A DNA stretch of 64,000 nucleotides from Flectonema sp. DT1601 (taxonomy: Eukaryota): positions 310,001-374,000 of the forward strand of contig OZ025796.1 in NCBI GenBank assembly GCA_964019425.1, given 5' to 3'. Positions 8,963-19,395 of the stretch are shown one piece after another. The position numbers were made by a program, and so were the translations under genes. Below the pieces are notes generated by a model. It was not told the DNA's origin and did not search any database. It was given only the letters and a program-made list of their open reading frames with translations. Each line of letters starts with the position of its first letter. The stretch's first letter is position 1.

Positions 8963-11692
8963 TTACAGATCAAAAGGCCGCCTTTCAGTAGTATTTATAC
9001 TTAGTGCGGGAGAGAGTATGTTGGGCTTAAGTATATTTGTACTGGTTGGGGAAGTTATTTGAAAGTTTTGAGACCAATCACCCAATACATCATCTTCTGA
9101 CTGAACACTACTAGGACCAGGCAATGCTAGTGGAGCTACTGGATTGGTTAAACCAAAAGAAGTGTCATTCAGATCAACAGTTGGATTGCTGACATTTGTT
9201 ACCCAAGATTCTATTCCTGTATTCTGACGAGTTGGAATGAAGTCTTGTGTTGCTAACGCGCATTTACGAGTTTCTGACAATGCCAATACCGGATTTCTCA
9301 AAGCAGCAGCATACCTATCACAACGGTATCTATACGTTAGATGGGTTCTATTCGTACTGACTCCTCGTTTACCAGATGCACTTGAAGGTTGTATTGAAGC
9401 AGGTGAATTTATATCAGATTGATCAGTGTTGTCGACGTCAGCGTTAAAGTCAACAACATCACCGTGTCGTAAAGCTATTCCAGCAGCCGGTATTAAACAA
9501 CCATTGACAGTAACTCTTGATGGGAGAATAGGTCGTAGTTTACAAGAAGGTTGGTCACTCCACCATTTGTTTACTAGTATTTCTGCGTGTCGTTGTGAAA
9601 CTCTAACGTTTGTTCCTAAATCAGACTCAGTACATAAAACAATATCTGGATCAGGTAAGGCACTGCATTGAGATCCAACAGTAAATATCATCGGCCTCAT
9701 GAGCCATACTATTGGTGGTGGTAGAGTCAGATTTTGATCATTTATAAAAACGGGTTGTTTCTTCTCAATTAACTCCAAACATCCGAAGGTCGGAACTCCC
9801 ACTACCGTGTCAGCTCTAACCCGACCACGTTTTCCACCCCTCTGAGTTGATGAAGCAGCAGATTCAACATCTGCAAAACTATTCGCTCGACTTTTTACTT
9901 CTTGTTCTTCGGCACCACAATTATTAACATCTAACCAAATATCGAGATGGTGTACGAAACCAGCACTACTAAAAGTTGTATGGTATTCAGGTAACACTTG
10001 TTGTAAAAAGACTGCCAACTTCTCTCCCATAGTCAGGTTAGTGGTATTACTATTAGCAGCCTGTCTCTCCATTTCGTTTACTCTATTTTTGGAGAATTGT
10101 TCCGAGACTCGAGAGTCTCTTCGGGATTCTCCAAGTTGATCTTTGACAGCTTTCTTTGGGTCTTTTGAAGTTGGAGATTGGGACAGCGCGGATACTAATG
10201 GACGCATCGGAGCAGTCGGACTGCATAAATGACCCGTCGAAGGAGAATATCCTAATCTCTGCCTCGTATTGCTCATTAACGATCTGCCTGGTGAGCATGG
10301 AGAAACATTAGTTGGGCTGTCTTCTCCAGGATCCGCAATTCCTGTTTTTTCAAGCATTTTGCTTTCAGTACTGACATCTACAACTACCGTGAAATATGAA
10401 CCAACAATAGCGATGGGCATCGCCATGAACATTATTCCTAAAATCATCGAAAGAGAACCGACCATCTTACCGAAAGACGTGAGGGGAACTATCTCTCCAT
10501 ATCCAACAGTGGTCATGGTCACAATAGACCACCATATGGTGTGAGGTATTGATATAAATTTACTTTCGTGTCTACACTCAGTTTCATTACCACTTCCAAA
10601 TATCTGACTAGGTCGAGACGTACAGCTGTGATCAGTCACCATGAATTGCTGTGCTATTTCATCATATTCACCTTTTTCAACGAAATAAACAGCACTACTC
10701 ATCACTAACAAAGACGCCACTAAAAACATCATTGGCGCCGCTAAAGCTTTCGTAGATTTTTCAATTGCTCGGATTAAATTTTCTATCGGACCGTAATTAC
10801 GAAAAAACTTCATCATTCGGAAAAGTCTGCAAAGTTTCAAAACATTCGTCAAAGCAGTGTCATGAGAACTGAACAACTCAATATAAAACGGAAGTACAGC
10901 AAGAATATCCGTCACCGTGGTCGGCTTCTTCAAAAGAGAAATTCTATTTCTCGATATGACTAATCGGACGACAGTTTCAATGGAGAATACAATCGTCACA
11001 ATTAACTCTATGATCCACCACTTCATCTCCAAGTCGTCTTTATCGTCGGTCTGATTTGGTAAAACATATATCTCTGGATTATATTTCGGCACAGTTTCCA
11101 AAGCCAATGCGATGATCGATAATAATATTAGTAGAATTTGAATTACGAAAAAAATTCTAGCCGGAATCGAACTGAACGGAAATTCAAAAAAATTTATAAT
11201 TTCATCTCGGATGGAGACGTCGTCTTCTTTACAGACCTCGACCCATTTGATACTTGTCCAGCTGCTTTGCAGGCTCAGGACAGATCGATCAGGAACGTTG
11301 ACCCAAATACGTGAACGTTCTCCATTCATTTTATTAGGAGGTATCGACAGCTCAACCCTCTCATTATCTATATAACACCGAACAGAACTCACAGTTGGAA
11401 GATTTCTTCCCAAAAGTAAAGCTCTGCCATCGCCGATAGAGACAACTTCTTCAATAATTCCTTTCTGCTTCGCAACTTGTCTCCTCCGTGTTCCTTTTCT
11501 GTGTTTCATATTTATACGATGTTGAAGTTGATAGTTCTTACAAAGATAGTACAACTTCTCATCTAAATACTCCATGTGCCTTACCATGAGATTTCTGAGG
11601 TAGTCAACTTCATTTAATCTTTTTGTAGTGATTGGCAAATCCTCTACGAAGTTGACAACACTCCGGGCTGGGGCAGAAGACCCGGAATTCAT
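8963..11692 (-). CDS. Voltage-gated K+ channel (6TM, Kv-like) with C-terminal FHA domain
   Basis: S4 KLCRLFRMMKFFR; pore WWSIVTMTTVGYG; S6 AMPIAIV. FHA-like segment FTVG...PDIVL...VSQRHAEI...VTVNG...LRHGDVVDF. Confidence 0.9.
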   Translation of the reverse strand: MNSGSSAPARSVVNFVEDLPITTKRLNEVDYLRNLMVRHMEYLDEKLYYLCKNYQLQHRINMKHRKGTRRRQVAKQKGIIEEVVSIGDGRALLLGRNLPTVSSVRCYIDNERVELSIPPNKMNGERSRIWVNVPDRSVLSLQSSWTSIKWVEVCKEDDVSIRDEIINFFEFPFSSIPARIFFVIQILLILLSIIALALETVPKYNPEIYVLPNQTDDKDDLEMKWWIIELIVTIVFSIETVVRLVISRNRISLLKKPTTVTDILAVLPFYIELFSSHDTALTNVLKLCRLFRMMKFFRNYGPIENLIRAIEKSTKALAAPMMFLVASLLVMSSAVYFVEKGEYDEIAQQFMVTDHSCTSRPSQIFGSGNETECRHESKFISIPHTIWWSIVTMTTVGYGEIVPLTSFGKMVGSLSMILGIMFMAMPIAIVGSYFTVVVDVSTESKMLEKTGIADPGEDSPTNVSPCSPGRSLMSNTRQRLGYSPSTGHLCSPTAPMRPLVSALSQSPTSKDPKKAVKDQLGESRRDSRVSEQFSKNRVNEMERQAANSNTTNLTMGEKLAVFLQQVLPEYHTTFSSAGFVHHLDIWLDVNNCGAEEQEVKSRANSFADVESAASSTQRGGKRGRVRADTVVGVPTFGCLELIEKKQPVFINDQNLTLPPPIVWLMRPMIFTVGSQCSALPDPDIVLCTESDLGTNVRVSQRHAEILVNKWWSDQPSCKLRPILPSRVTVNGCLIPAAGIALRHGDVVDFNADVDNTDQSDINSPASIQPSSASGKRGVSTNRTHLTYRYRCDRYAAALRNPVLALSETRKCALATQDFIPTRQNTGIESWVTNVSNPTVDLNDTSFGLTNPVAPLALPGPSSVQSEDDVLGDWSQNFQITSPTSTNILKPNILSPALSINTTERRPFDL

Positions 11693-12975
11693 ACTGGCAA
11701 CTGAAGATTATAAAATATAATTTTTTATTTTTTAAAATAATATCAACAAAAGAGTCGCACTACTACTATTCCGTATAGTTTTTTAAAGGTTAAAGCCGTT
11801 TATTTATTTTTTTTTTTTTTTCACTTGGTCAAAGTATCTGTAAAATGAAAAAAAAATAAATAAAATAAAAAATTAAATCTCAAACAGGAACATGAACAGC
11901 TTTTAAAAAAAAAAGCAATTTCGTTCAAAACCAGGCGCGTGGTTCCTCATTCGGGTGCGAGGACGTGGGTGGTTTCTCTCTTGTTGTTTTTTTTTTTTTT
12001 TTTTTTTTGTTTCTGTTGGAATAAGAAGGGGGCAAAAAAAAAAAAAATTGGAGGGGGAAAAGAAAACAGAAGAAAAACCTCAGCTTACTCACAATAATTG
12101 ACACGGGAAAAAAGCAAGCAACCACCAATGAAAAACGATATGCAAAAAGGGGATGAAAAAAAAAAATTAAAGTAGAGAAAAATTTTTTGCTATTGTTTTC
12201 TTTTTTTTTTCAAGACAACAACGCGAAACAAGGAAAACCGTATGTTGGTAAGAATGTTTTTTTTTTTTTTTTTTTTTTTTGCGATTAACTTAGAAGAGCT
12301 TATTGCGACATGCTCGTACGGCTCAAAAAAGAACAAAACAAAAAAGCCAAGTTTCAGGACTTCACTCATAGGCAACAACGTAACTCCTCGATTTTTTTTT
12401 TTTTTTGGAACATGTCATCAGAAACGAACTTAACGAAAGACTGGAGCGGAGGGACGACAATTCGGAGATCTCAACACGCACTTGGGACAAACGTCCCGCA
12501 ATCACAACACCCATGTTTCATAAGATCGAAATAAACGAGTGGTAAATGGCTACCGAAAGCCGATAACCAGAAACAGTATTGAGGGGAAAAAACACAAAAA
12601 AAAAAAAAAAAAAAAAAAAAAACCAAACAGTAAGGCACACGGGACATTAAAGTCAATGACAGGGGGGACTTTTTTCTCTCTTTTTTTTTTTTTTTTTTTC
12701 TTTTTTTTTTGCGAATCACCACACTGTTGTCACATACACTAACTAACAAGGCCAAGTAGGGGAATAAGAAAGGACCGTTTTAATAATGAAATGACACACT
12801 TCTCACTCGCAGTCCATCAAACGCCTTCCTTAAACGCGTAACTGTCTTTTTTAGAAGAATAAAATCGTCCCCTAATTTCTCAAACAGAAAAAACAAAACA
12901 AAACACAAACATCGTCCAATATTACTTTACGTAATCCACACAGTAATACAACAGAGCTATTCAATACATAGTAAC

Positions 12976-15900
12976 CTATTCACTGTCACTGCTTGAATCA
13001 AATAGTCCACCCTTCGCTGCTGGAGGAGGAGGTGGTGGCTGAGTTGACTTCTTTGGAGGCGCTTCAAAGGTGCTATCGCTGTCGCTATCAGAGTCAAAGA
13101 ATTTCTGTTTGTTTGTCTTTATATTTTCACACTTTCAAAGCAACCTGTCAACTGTTTTAAAAACATACTCTTGCTGGTTTTGCAGGCGGCTTTGTCTGTG
13201 GGATTGGAAGCTGTTCCTCAGGGTCAGGGAGGGTGTCGTTGTCGTCCTCTGGTTTGTCAACCTGTTGGAGAGTTTTATAAGACAGAAGAAGTATTAAAGA
13301 AATGAATAATAATATTAACAACAACACCATTACTCAAGATCAAGTGATCACCAGTACATACTTGTGAAGACGAGGCTGCTGGGACTGGAAGGTCCTGTTC
13401 GCTTTCGCATTCCGACTTGTCGTCAGCTTCCTTCGCTTCCTCTTCAGCTACGACCGACTCTTCCTTTGACTCCTCTTCTTTTGGCTCTTCTTCCTTTGGC
13501 TCTTCTGCCTTCGGTTCTTCTTCCTTTGGCTCCTCTTCCTTTGGCTCTTCCTCCTTTGGCTCTTCTTCCTTTGGCTCCTCTTCCTTTGGCTCTTCCTCCT
13601 TTGGCTCTTCCTCCTTTGGCTCTTCTTCCTTTGGCTCTTCTTCTTTCGGTTCTTCCTTGGTAGCTTCATCATCACTGGAGTCCGTATCGTCGATTGTTTT
13701 CTTTTCTTCCTTTACTTCTTCTTCCTCGACTGTCTCCTCATCGACAGTCTCTTTGATCTCATCTTCGACTGTTTCTTTTGGTTCTTCCTTCTCGGTGGTT
13801 TCCTTTTCCTTGTCTTCTTCGGTTTCCTCATCTGCTGCTTCGTCAGCATCGGATTCCTTAAGGTCATCTTCAGCACCTTCAGCAGGATCGGATTTTGTGG
13901 TGTCGCTTCCGTCCGCTGATCTGTTAGAAACATCGTTGCTTTCCTTTGGTGATTGTTGTTCAGATTCTGATTTGTCATCATCGCTGTCAGCTTCCTCCGG
14001 CTGTTTCTCTTCAGGCTTATCGCTGGTAGTGGACTCAGAATCAGTGTCTTTCTTAGCAGGAGCTACTTCTTCAGGTTTTTGGTCATCTGTGCTTTCGTCA
14101 TCTCCGTTTCCGTGTTCAGCCTTTTCACTGTCGCTGTCTGCTGTGCAGTCGTCTTCCTTTGTCGCTCCAACAGGGTCTGTGTGCTCTTCTTTTGGTTTAT
14201 CAACTTTTACAAGATCATCACTCATATCACTGTCTTTCTTAGCGCTGTCAGTATCTTTCTTAGAAGCAATTTCAGACCAATCGTCGTCGTCTTGTGCAGC
14301 TACAGTTTTAGCAGCAGTCTGTGGGTACAGAGAACTGTTTTCTTCAAAACTCAGATCTGGTGCCTCACCCGCAAAGATGGAATCTACGATTTCACTGAGG
14401 GCATTTTTTGGAACCACTTCTCTTGTGAGAGAGTTCAGAGAAGACTTCCATCTGATTTCCATTCCTTCAAGCTTTTCTTCGAGGGCACTGGCTGATGCTT
14501 GGGCCTTGGCAGATGTATCTAATTCGGTTTCGTAGTGCTCAGTGACGGACGTACACTTAGTTACGAGTGACTCTACTTCAGACTGCAACTTTGCAGACTC
14601 AGCAGAGTACTTCTCGTTGCACATTTCTAACTCTGTTCTCAAGAGAGTGATGCTGTCACTTGCAGCAGATGCCTGAGATTCGAGATCAGAGATGACAGCC
14701 TTGTGACCATCAACCTCTGAGATCAATCCGTCCTTCTCAACCTGAACTTGAGCAAGTTGGTTACGAATGCTGTGTTCAATTTCCATTGATGCGGATTTAA
14801 ACTTCGACAGCTCATCATCATATTTAGTGCGAGCTTCCTGCATACCATCATCACGTCCCTGGTCAATACCTCGACTGAATTGATCTTCTGAAACTCTTTC
14901 CTTCTCCATTGTGAATCGACGTTCTCTTGCTTGGAGGTCAGTAATCATCTCATCGCGGAGGGTTGACATTTCCTTTTCTGCGTGGGAACGTTCTTCTTCC
15001 ATTAGGTTATTGAAATGGCTCCTGTCGGTGTCAATCTTTCGGAGCTTCTCTGCTAATAAGCCGTCCTTTCTGGACATCTCATCACGAGATTCAGTTAGTT
15101 GAGCTGACAGTGAGAGAACCTTATCGTCGGATAACTTTCTGGCTTCCTTCTCAGTTCTAAAAGAGTCCTCAGCGTGGGATAGTTTCATTCGGGTGTTCTC
15201 AGACTGAACGCGAACAATTTCAGTTTCTCCTCTGAGCTTTCTGATTTCATCTTCAGACAAGTCAAGCAGCTTCTTAACAGTTGCTAAGTGGCGTTGAGAG
15301 TCATCACGTTCACTAGTTGCTCTCTGGACTTCCTCTTGAAGTTTGAGTATCCTTCTGTCCATTTCTAACCTCGTGTCAGTGACACTGGTAGCAGCGCTTT
15401 TCTTTTCCTCCATTAATGTGTGAGCTGATTGTGCAAACTTGTCAACCTTCTTTTCGAGATCGAGTGATCGGTTTTCTAAAGTTTTTATCATGTCATCCTT
15501 CGCTCTGACTTCATCTTTTAGTTGTTTATTGTCATCAATCATTGCTGTTACTGAATGTTGGATTTGAGCTGCTGTTAGAGTTGTTGGTTTTTGTTGTTTC
15601 TGAGCCATTTTGAAATCAGCAGTGAGAAGATCAATTTTCTGAGAGACATCATTAATGTTAGTCATAAGAGACGTGACGTTTGAAGACGTGTCGTTTACTG
15701 TCTTCAATTGTTCTGATGTTAGACCTGCTGGGGCTTGAGGAGCTGGAGTAGCTGCAGGTGCGACTGCTGCAGCCACTACCGGTTGCGGAGTTGCCTGAAT
15801 AATTTGAGGTTGTTGTTGCAGTGGAACAACCTGTTGAACTGCCTGAGGCTGTTGCTGAATAGTCAAAACTGGTTGTTGTTGTTGCTGCTGTTGTTGTTGC

Positions 15901-16721
15901 TGCATCTGATAATCTTGAAACCCACCCTGCTGCGGCTGTTGTTGTTGTTGTTGTTGTTGCTGTTGCATTGGCTGCTGCATTTGAGCTGGCTGTTGCATTG
16001 GATTTACCTGTGGCGCTCCCTTTTTAACTTTTCTAACATCAATCATAATAATCAAAGGACCATCTCCACCCTGTTGAATACCTCTACGACAGTTCCCTGG
16101 GATTACCATAACTCTTCTTGATCCTTCTGACATCCCACAGACAGCACCTTCGAAACCCTTCATTCCCGGAGTGAGATTAGTGTTTGAGGAAGGTATTTGA
16201 AATTTGTATGTATGTTTTGACATGACGTTAGAGTCGTACTGGTAGCTCATCTTTGGTAGTCCGTTTTCTTGACCTAAATAGTACCCGTTAAACTTAACAC
16301 CGACATGATCACCAACATCTACGTCTTCAGTACTTTTAGGATTCGATAACTCTAACGTAGTTATGGTGTGTGATGGCATTCCTGAACAACCGTACATTGC
16401 CAAAGCAACATTCATAGCAAACAACACACCCTTTTCTTCTTCACTAAAATACAATGACCATTGCTGACCGTTGTCGTCTTTGAAATTGGTGTAGTTGTCA
16501 GCCTGTTTCATTTGAAATTTCATTCCCATTTCGTTATTTGCTGAGATAGTTGCAGTACAAAGGTACGTCTGTTGGTCAGAGTAACACACAAGTTTGTATG
16601 CGCCTGTTTGACCATTTCCTGTAATGGCTGCTCCAACCTGACCCTTTCCTTCATATCCCTGTGTGGCTGGGTTATACTGAAATAACGACACGGCTGCTGC
16701 ATGCAGAGGTCCTTGCGACAT
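12976..16721 (-). CDS. FKBP15: FKBP15-like protein (WH1-like N-terminus, degenerate FKBP domain, coiled coil, acidic tail); exons 16721-13362, 13261-13169, 13104-12976
   Basis: FKBP-like segment VDVGDHVGVKFNG...MKGFEGAVCGMSEGSRRVMVIP, a poly-Q linker and a long coiled coil. Removing introns 13262-13361 and 13105-13168 (GTATGT...ACAG) gives an in-frame tail ending PPPPPPAAKGGLFDSSSDSE*. Confidence 0.75.
13464..13658 (-). repeat. Coding 15-bp tandem repeat (~13 units) encoding EEEPK
   Basis: Repeated tttggctcttcttcc on the + strand; the translation shows (EEEPK)n. Confidence 0.95.
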
Positions 16722-16975
16722 CTTGTTGATGGTGACCTATGAAGGAATTTATACTTAGTGAAACAGAAGGAAGGATTTTTTTTTTTTTTTTTTTTTTTCT
16801 TTTTTTTTTGAATTTTTATTGCTGAGAGAGAAAATACGATTTCAAGAACCCAAAATCACTTCATCAATAGATCTCTGAAACACCAACAGCAGAAGCTGAG
16901 AATAACGAACAATAACGATAAGTAATACAATAAAGTAACTTAGAGCAATGTGGCGAGTGTAAATGATAAATAGTG

Positions 16976-19192
16976 TTACCGAAAACCTTTATTACCGATC
17001 CGAGGTCCCAACAGCTCTGTTGCGTAATCTCTGATATTCATCTTTAGAGTTGATTTCGAAGACTTGTTCTTCTGAGTCGTACGGCTAGCAGCTTGTCGAA
17101 GCTTAACAACAGTAGCAAGCGATGAGCTCGTTGGAACGGATTGGTTGGAAACATTCCTTACTGAAGGGAGTTGAAACTCAGGTGTACTTTTCTCAATTTC
17201 TCTTCCTGCAGTAACAGACGAGACAGGTGAGGTTTTACTCGCAGGTGGCTCGAGTTGATTTGGAGAATTAATTATCAACCAATCTTTAACAGCCTGACAT
17301 GCAGCAGTCTTCGATATGTTGTCACTGAGTAGCTTCATTGTAGTAGACACCATCTCAGTTGGTAGGTTGCCTTCAGAGAATAGAATGTTGCTCTTCATTT
17401 TCTTCATCGCATCAGAAAGGCTGTCGATAGGATCAACTTTTTTAATCTTCGGTTTGTCAGCAGCTCTCATAAAAATATTTCTCAAAACCGAAGACGGTTC
17501 CTGTGCAGTAGGAGACGCCGGTTGATCAGCTGTTCCTTCTGGTTTTGGTTTTTTTAACAACAGTTGCAACGCAGCGTTCTGAAACTTCGCCTTCGCCGGT
17601 GCCACCGGCTGGGCGATTGAAGTGACCATCCCTGCTGTATCTGCTGCTGTAGTCTGTTCCATGAAGGTTTCTTTTTGTTGGTTTCTAACAGTTTTGGTTT
17701 TGCTCACAAGTTTCTCATTAACTTTTTTAACTGAATTTTCCATTCTAGCGAGTAGTAGTCTGAACGCTCTGGGAACCTCCGGAGCAACATGTAATTTCTT
17801 AGCCAATTCTTTCATCTCATCATTTCTCTTCTTTACCTTCTCTTTGGCAGCAGCTACATAAGGATTACTGCTGTTTAATTTTTCAATCTCAGAAACGTAA
17901 AGATCACATTGCTGTTCAGCCACTAATAACTTAGCTGTTTCATCGTGAAGGAGTTGTTGTTGTTTGAGAAGAACTACTTTTGTTTCTTCCAATTCAGAAG
18001 CTCCCTTGTTTAGTGTTTCGGTGATGTTTTCGGTTAATGAAATGTACTTTGAAATGCCGTCTTTAACAAGATGAAGCTCATTCTCTAATGAATTACTATC
18101 ACACGGGATGATCTTTAAAGGCTGTTGGATGATTTGAATTAGAATTCGAAACTTTTTGTATGCGTCATCGACCTCTGTTGAGATCGATTTTAGAGAATTT
18201 ATTTCACTTTGAAGAGAAATGTGATCATCGTAAAGTGAGTCGTACTTAACAATAACAGAATCGTATCCAGTTTGTAACTGGTAGTATGAATCTTCAACTG
18301 TTTTTTTTGATTCTTCCAAGTCTCTAATTTGACATTCATATTCCAGTTCAATTGCCTTACAATTCCCTTCTGAAAAAGTTTTAAAATCATCTCTCAAGTT
18401 TTGAAGACTCTCTTCGCATTGTTTTTTTTCAGATGTTATTTCATCATTTTTTTTTTTTAAATTTGATTCAGTTGCTTGCCATGAGGATGTTGCTTCCGAA
18501 AATTCATTTTTGATGTCCTCTGTGGCTTGTTGTGCAGTTGAACAATCACCTTCTAAGGAAGTAATTAGAGTGATTTGCTCTGACAGTTGGTTGGTAGTGT
18601 TTTCAAGATCGATATGTAGTAGTGAAATTTGTTTCTCAAAATCTTCAATGTCGTTGGTGAGACCCTCAACCTGTGCGGTGAGGGTGTGTTCTGTTTTGTG
18701 TGAGTTGTTGAGTGCGTTTTTTAATTTTTCTTTTTCCTTATCTTCTTTTTGTTCTTTTTCTTTACTCGATCCGATATTTTCTAATGTCCAAACTTTTTGT
18801 TGTAATGCTCGAATGGTACTTTCACATCTTTCAGAATGCCCTCTACGACAACAGACTTCCCTTGTTAACACTTTATGACTCAACGACTCAAAGCAACGTC
18901 TGGAGAGCTCCTCTTCAAGAACGACAAGTCTCGTTTCGTAACTTCGTACCAATTCTACGATGTACTCTTTTCGAATTTTTTTACGTTGAATTGCTCTCAT
19001 TTTATCAACTATTCTTGATACGTCATTGCCTGATCCTTCTGAAGATCGGGATCCCAATCCTTGACAATCGCTGTGTAAATATTCAAAGATCGATGCCGTT
19101 GGACAGAATCGAACTGGAGGTAGCGCACCTCCTTCCGGAAGCACCTGAACCATAAAGAACTGATTGGGTATGAAAATACAGCAGTGATTCAT
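16976..19192 (-). CDS. Unknown long coiled-coil protein (start codon uncertain)
   Basis: 738-aa ORF with E/K/L/Q-rich heptads and a low-complexity S/T/P-rich C-terminus. Confidence 0.75.
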   Translation of the reverse strand: MNHCCIFIPNQFFMVQVLPEGGALPPVRFCPTASIFEYLHSDCQGLGSRSSEGSGNDVSRIVDKMRAIQRKKIRKEYIVELVRSYETRLVVLEEELSRRCFESLSHKVLTREVCCRRGHSERCESTIRALQQKVWTLENIGSSKEKEQKEDKEKEKLKNALNNSHKTEHTLTAQVEGLTNDIEDFEKQISLLHIDLENTTNQLSEQITLITSLEGDCSTAQQATEDIKNEFSEATSSWQATESNLKKKNDEITSEKKQCEESLQNLRDDFKTFSEGNCKAIELEYECQIRDLEESKKTVEDSYYQLQTGYDSVIVKYDSLYDDHISLQSEINSLKSISTEVDDAYKKFRILIQIIQQPLKIIPCDSNSLENELHLVKDGISKYISLTENITETLNKGASELEETKVVLLKQQQLLHDETAKLLVAEQQCDLYVSEIEKLNSSNPYVAAAKEKVKKRNDEMKELAKKLHVAPEVPRAFRLLLARMENSVKKVNEKLVSKTKTVRNQQKETFMEQTTAADTAGMVTSIAQPVAPAKAKFQNAALQLLLKKPKPEGTADQPASPTAQEPSSVLRNIFMRAADKPKIKKVDPIDSLSDAMKKMKSNILFSEGNLPTEMVSTTMKLLSDNISKTAACQAVKDWLIINSPNQLEPPASKTSPVSSVTAGREIEKSTPEFQLPSVRNVSNQSVPTSSSLATVVKLRQAASRTTQKNKSSKSTLKMNIRDYATELLGPRIGNKGFR

Positions 19193-19395
19193 GACTCGAA
19201 TTTACGACAAATAAATAGGACCTCTTCTGCCATTGTTTTCCTTGTTCCAATGAAGAGAGTGTTGTTGGAATTTTAAAAAACATGCTCAGAAATACTTCAA
19301 AAAAAAAAAAGAAATCGAAGTCTGGAAAGACTTGAATTACTTTCTTCACATCAAACTGAAATAAGTAACAGAAACTGACTAAAGACGAACTACTA

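Noticed and set aside
13364..14535. Long + strand ORFs (372 aa Ser-rich, 138 aa, 99 aa)
   Set aside because: Antisense shadows of the acidic, repetitive FKBP15-like tail.
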